Shown here piece by piece: positions 60,035 to 62,747 of a stretch of DNA of 62,747 bases. The position numbers were made by a program, and so were the translations under genes. The notes below the pieces were generated by a model. That model was not told the DNA's origin and did not search any database. It saw only the letters and a list, made by a program, of their open reading frames with translations. The DNA is from Proteromonas lacertae. Lineage: Eukaryota. Every line of letters begins with the position of its first letter. Within the stretch, counting starts at the first letter, position 1. Where the stretch lies: contig NGBS01000907.1 of assembly GCA_002245135.1 (NCBI GenBank), positions 1-62,747 on the forward strand, given 5' to 3'.

Positions 60035-62673
60035 TTATATTAATCCAAATTGTTTTTTCATTAACCTAATTTTTGCTTCACCCACTATTGTATTATAGTC
60101 AGTAGCCTTTTTGAAACTACACTGATCTCTTAAAATATTTTTCAAAAAATTAATAGCAAAAAAACCACAGTTGGCAGTATTTGAATTTTGATTCTGTACT
60201 CCATTGATTTTAAGTTCATACTTTTCATTATGATACTTCTTTAATTTTTTCAAATTTTTTTAAATTCTTCCAAGTGTTGAGGATCTTCACCAAATGAATC
60301 ATAGTACAGGAATTGCTTTTTGATATTGTCAACTACTAAGGCCACCCAATGACCTATAGAATCAGGGCTAGCTTGTGTGGTGAGTGTATTGATTATGATT
60401 CCCCATTGATTCTTCTTTTTGGGTATAGGAAGTACAAGCTCGTCCCAGCAGAACACTCCCATGAACTTTCCATGAAAATTATTGAACTCATTTTTCACAA
60501 TTAACTCTATATCAAAATTCGATAAGGCATCTGAAGTGATACTGTTATACAAAACTTTCCTACGTGAAATTAATTTCTTTACTTTTTTATTATTTCCATT
60601 ACCTATTCCAAAGTAACTCATAGCTTCACTGAGTTGTTTTGCTTGATCTAAATTACTCACTGCTCTACCAAAATTAGTGAGTGAACTTGGAATTGTTTGT
60701 TGTGAACGTTTCACGTAGTTATCCATTTTGATTGCATTCTTGTGTTGATATGGTGTTGGTTTTAACCAATTCAATAAACCACCTGCATCTAGCAAACCAA
60801 AACAAGCAGTCAATGCACTGAATACTGTTCCTATACCTGCAACAGTTTGTAATGTACCTGTTGGATCAGCTGCAACAGCAGTTTTTGCCATTGATGGCAT
60901 AGCTTTTGATAATTCACTAATACCTTTAACTGCTGCTGCAGCAGTTGTTGCATCACCTCCATTTGCAGCTGCAGCTACAGTTGCTGCTGTTTTTAATGTA
61001 TCACCTACATTTTTTGCATCTATATTTCCAATATTAGAAAATTTGTAGAAGAATGGAACTAATTGAAATAAGTATCGAACATATGGATGAGTATTGAACA
61101 TAAATGAAACACCAAAGTTATACAACAAGTCTACAGGTAACCATGATTTTTGAATTGCTTCAGGTAACATTGACTTAACTTTTTCTGAATTACCATAATA
61201 CAAGTCAGTGATAGCAGGTAATCTACCACCTGACAGCATACGAATTATTTCATAGTAGTCGAAAATGAAGTACCACATTACATACAAGAACCCTGATGTT
61301 GGTAGTTTAGATTTTTTCCATAACCAATAAGCTAAACATGTCATTACTATTGCACGAACATACTTCATTGCATGATCTACTTCAAACATTTGAGGAGTAA
61401 CTCCACCTACCAAATATGACTTCATTGTATAGTATATTTGTGGAAATATCCTAAATACATTCTCTACACACAGGAACAAATTACCAGCAAAACCCATAAA
61501 ATCAGATTCACGTAATGAATCAAGTGCTTTTTGAAACTGTGAATTTTCAAATTGTGCCCATGAATTACAAGCAGTTTTCACTAAACCAATAGCTATTTCA
61601 TATTTTTGTTTATTATCTGCATTCACCCACTCTTGAGGAAGTGAGTGACCTAACTTCTCTCTGTTATAATCAAAGTTAATGAAATCTCTACTATTTTGTG
61701 ATGCTATTTCATTCAGTTCTCTATATTTATCTTCATTAATCCATGTATGCGGTTCTTTATCTATATCTATAGCACTATTCACCAGTTCTTGATTTTTTGG
61801 ATCTAATGCCCATCTATAAAATTTTGATCTTTCTAATATCTCTTGATCATCCATATATCTTTGTGCCTTTTGATTATTCAATGCAATATATTCTTTTACT
61901 TTTTCAGCTCGATTCGGATCAAAATTATATGGATCTGAATATTGATTGATCTTACTTACTCCATCAACTAATTCATTTTGCAAATACTCCTGCTGTAATA
62001 ATAGTTTGTTATAATATTCTATTGCATCTTTATCATTACCTGTTAATTTATCCCAAGTTGAGGTCAACCAATCTTGTCTATAATTTTTATAGGCTGCTAA
62101 TTGAGGATTCTTTTCTATAATCTCTTGCAATGATTTATAATTTTGTAATTTAGGAAATTTTTGTAACAAAGGATCTGTAACTCTATTCATTCCATTATCA
62201 TATGCCTGAACATCTGCTTCTGTAACATATTCAGGCCAATTCAAAAGATAGCTTCTTGGATTAGATGTATCTAATTCTGCTAATGGGAATGTTCCTCTTA
62301 AATGTCCTTTTTTATGTTCACGATCTAGCATATCATAAAAATTAATATGATAATTGTTAGGCAACATTGAAGCATAATTATTAGTTAATGCATATTGAAC
62401 TTCTTTTCGAGCTTGTCTATTCAAACCTGGACTAAATAATTTATCATAATTCCAATTATAATCATATCCTACAGTTTCTTTTGGTATATATGGTTGAATA
62501 TATTCTGGTATTTGACTTGGCTGTAATTGTGATGTTCCATTATAAGCAGCACTAGCAGCATCATACATTTGTTGTCTTGGATTAGTAATAATGACATGCT
62601 CATTAGGACCAACACTTTGACCCACTCTTAATGGTATAATACCACTATTACCACCTAATTTCTTAGTAGCCAA
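60035..62673 (-). CDS. Large protein with hydrophobic and Ala-rich segments fused to a C-terminal adenain/Ulp1-like (clan CE) cysteine protease; 1-nt frameshift at ~60255
   Basis: FMGVFCWDEL, IINT, GHWVAL, YYDSFG in the 807-aa ORF; QNQNSNTANCGFFAINFL in the 72-aa ORF. One extra A in an A7 run fuses them. Start uncertain (first ATG 62568). Confidence 0.85.
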
Positions 62674-62747
62674 GAGATGCCTCCGTGGGATACTCTCTAA
62701 TTTTAGTTTATTTCTTCTGTGATGTGTTTCTTATGTTTGAAATGAAC

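Larger units (their letters stand above)
48204..62747. mobile_element. Polinton/Maverick-like endogenous virus (self-synthesizing transposon), left part; continues past the window
   Basis: Protein-primed PolB, rve integrases and adenain-like protease are Polinton hallmarks. Switch to long, nearly intronless ORFs. Left boundary approximate; TIR and TSD cannot be checked. Confidence 0.9.

Noticed and set aside
48204..62747. Capsid, packaging ATPase, or Fanzor/TnpB nuclease partnering the ncRNAs
   Set aside because: No Walker A, jelly-roll-like or RuvC/zinc-finger signature recognised in the visible ORFs. Such genes may lie beyond the window.

Overview
Very AT-rich, gene-dense eukaryotic (protist) DNA in the standard code. 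Many ~26-40 nt GT-AG introns point to a Blastocystis-like architecture (taxon inferred, not shown). Bases 1-48.2 kb are host genes: a PITAIRE CDK and a BTB-BACK-Ig-SPRY gene carried in a ~4 kb inverted duplication, an EF-hand protein, an amino-acid transporter, a USP, CENP-X, CSN1, an atypical Hsp70, DDX24, Grx5, Mic10, a PX-PDZ protein, guanylate kinase, a HAD hydrolase, an ALY-like RRM protein, a SET-RRM-CID-cyclin fusion, a MAP10-like protein, a ~12 kb class-C GPCR gene with tandem periplasmic-binding-protein repeats, and LRR genes. From ~48.2 kb to the window end lies a Polinton/Maverick-like endogenous virus or self-synthesizing transposon. It encodes a protein-primed PolB, two rve integrases with a DD(33)D triad, an adenain-type protease fused to a long hydrophobic protein, and an intron-containing ORF. 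No capsid or packaging ATPase is visible in the window. The most striking unannotated signal is a tandem pair of related, end-paired hairpin RNAs inside the element (59217-59519). Both end in oligo-T runs, and one has a perfect Pol III B-box, recalling adenovirus VA RNAs. Two AT-initiated U12-type introns (AT-AC and AT-AA) share one branch-point sequence. Scattered single-base frameshifts, mostly in the first ~10 kb, look like polishing errors. All calls are by eye; no searches were run.
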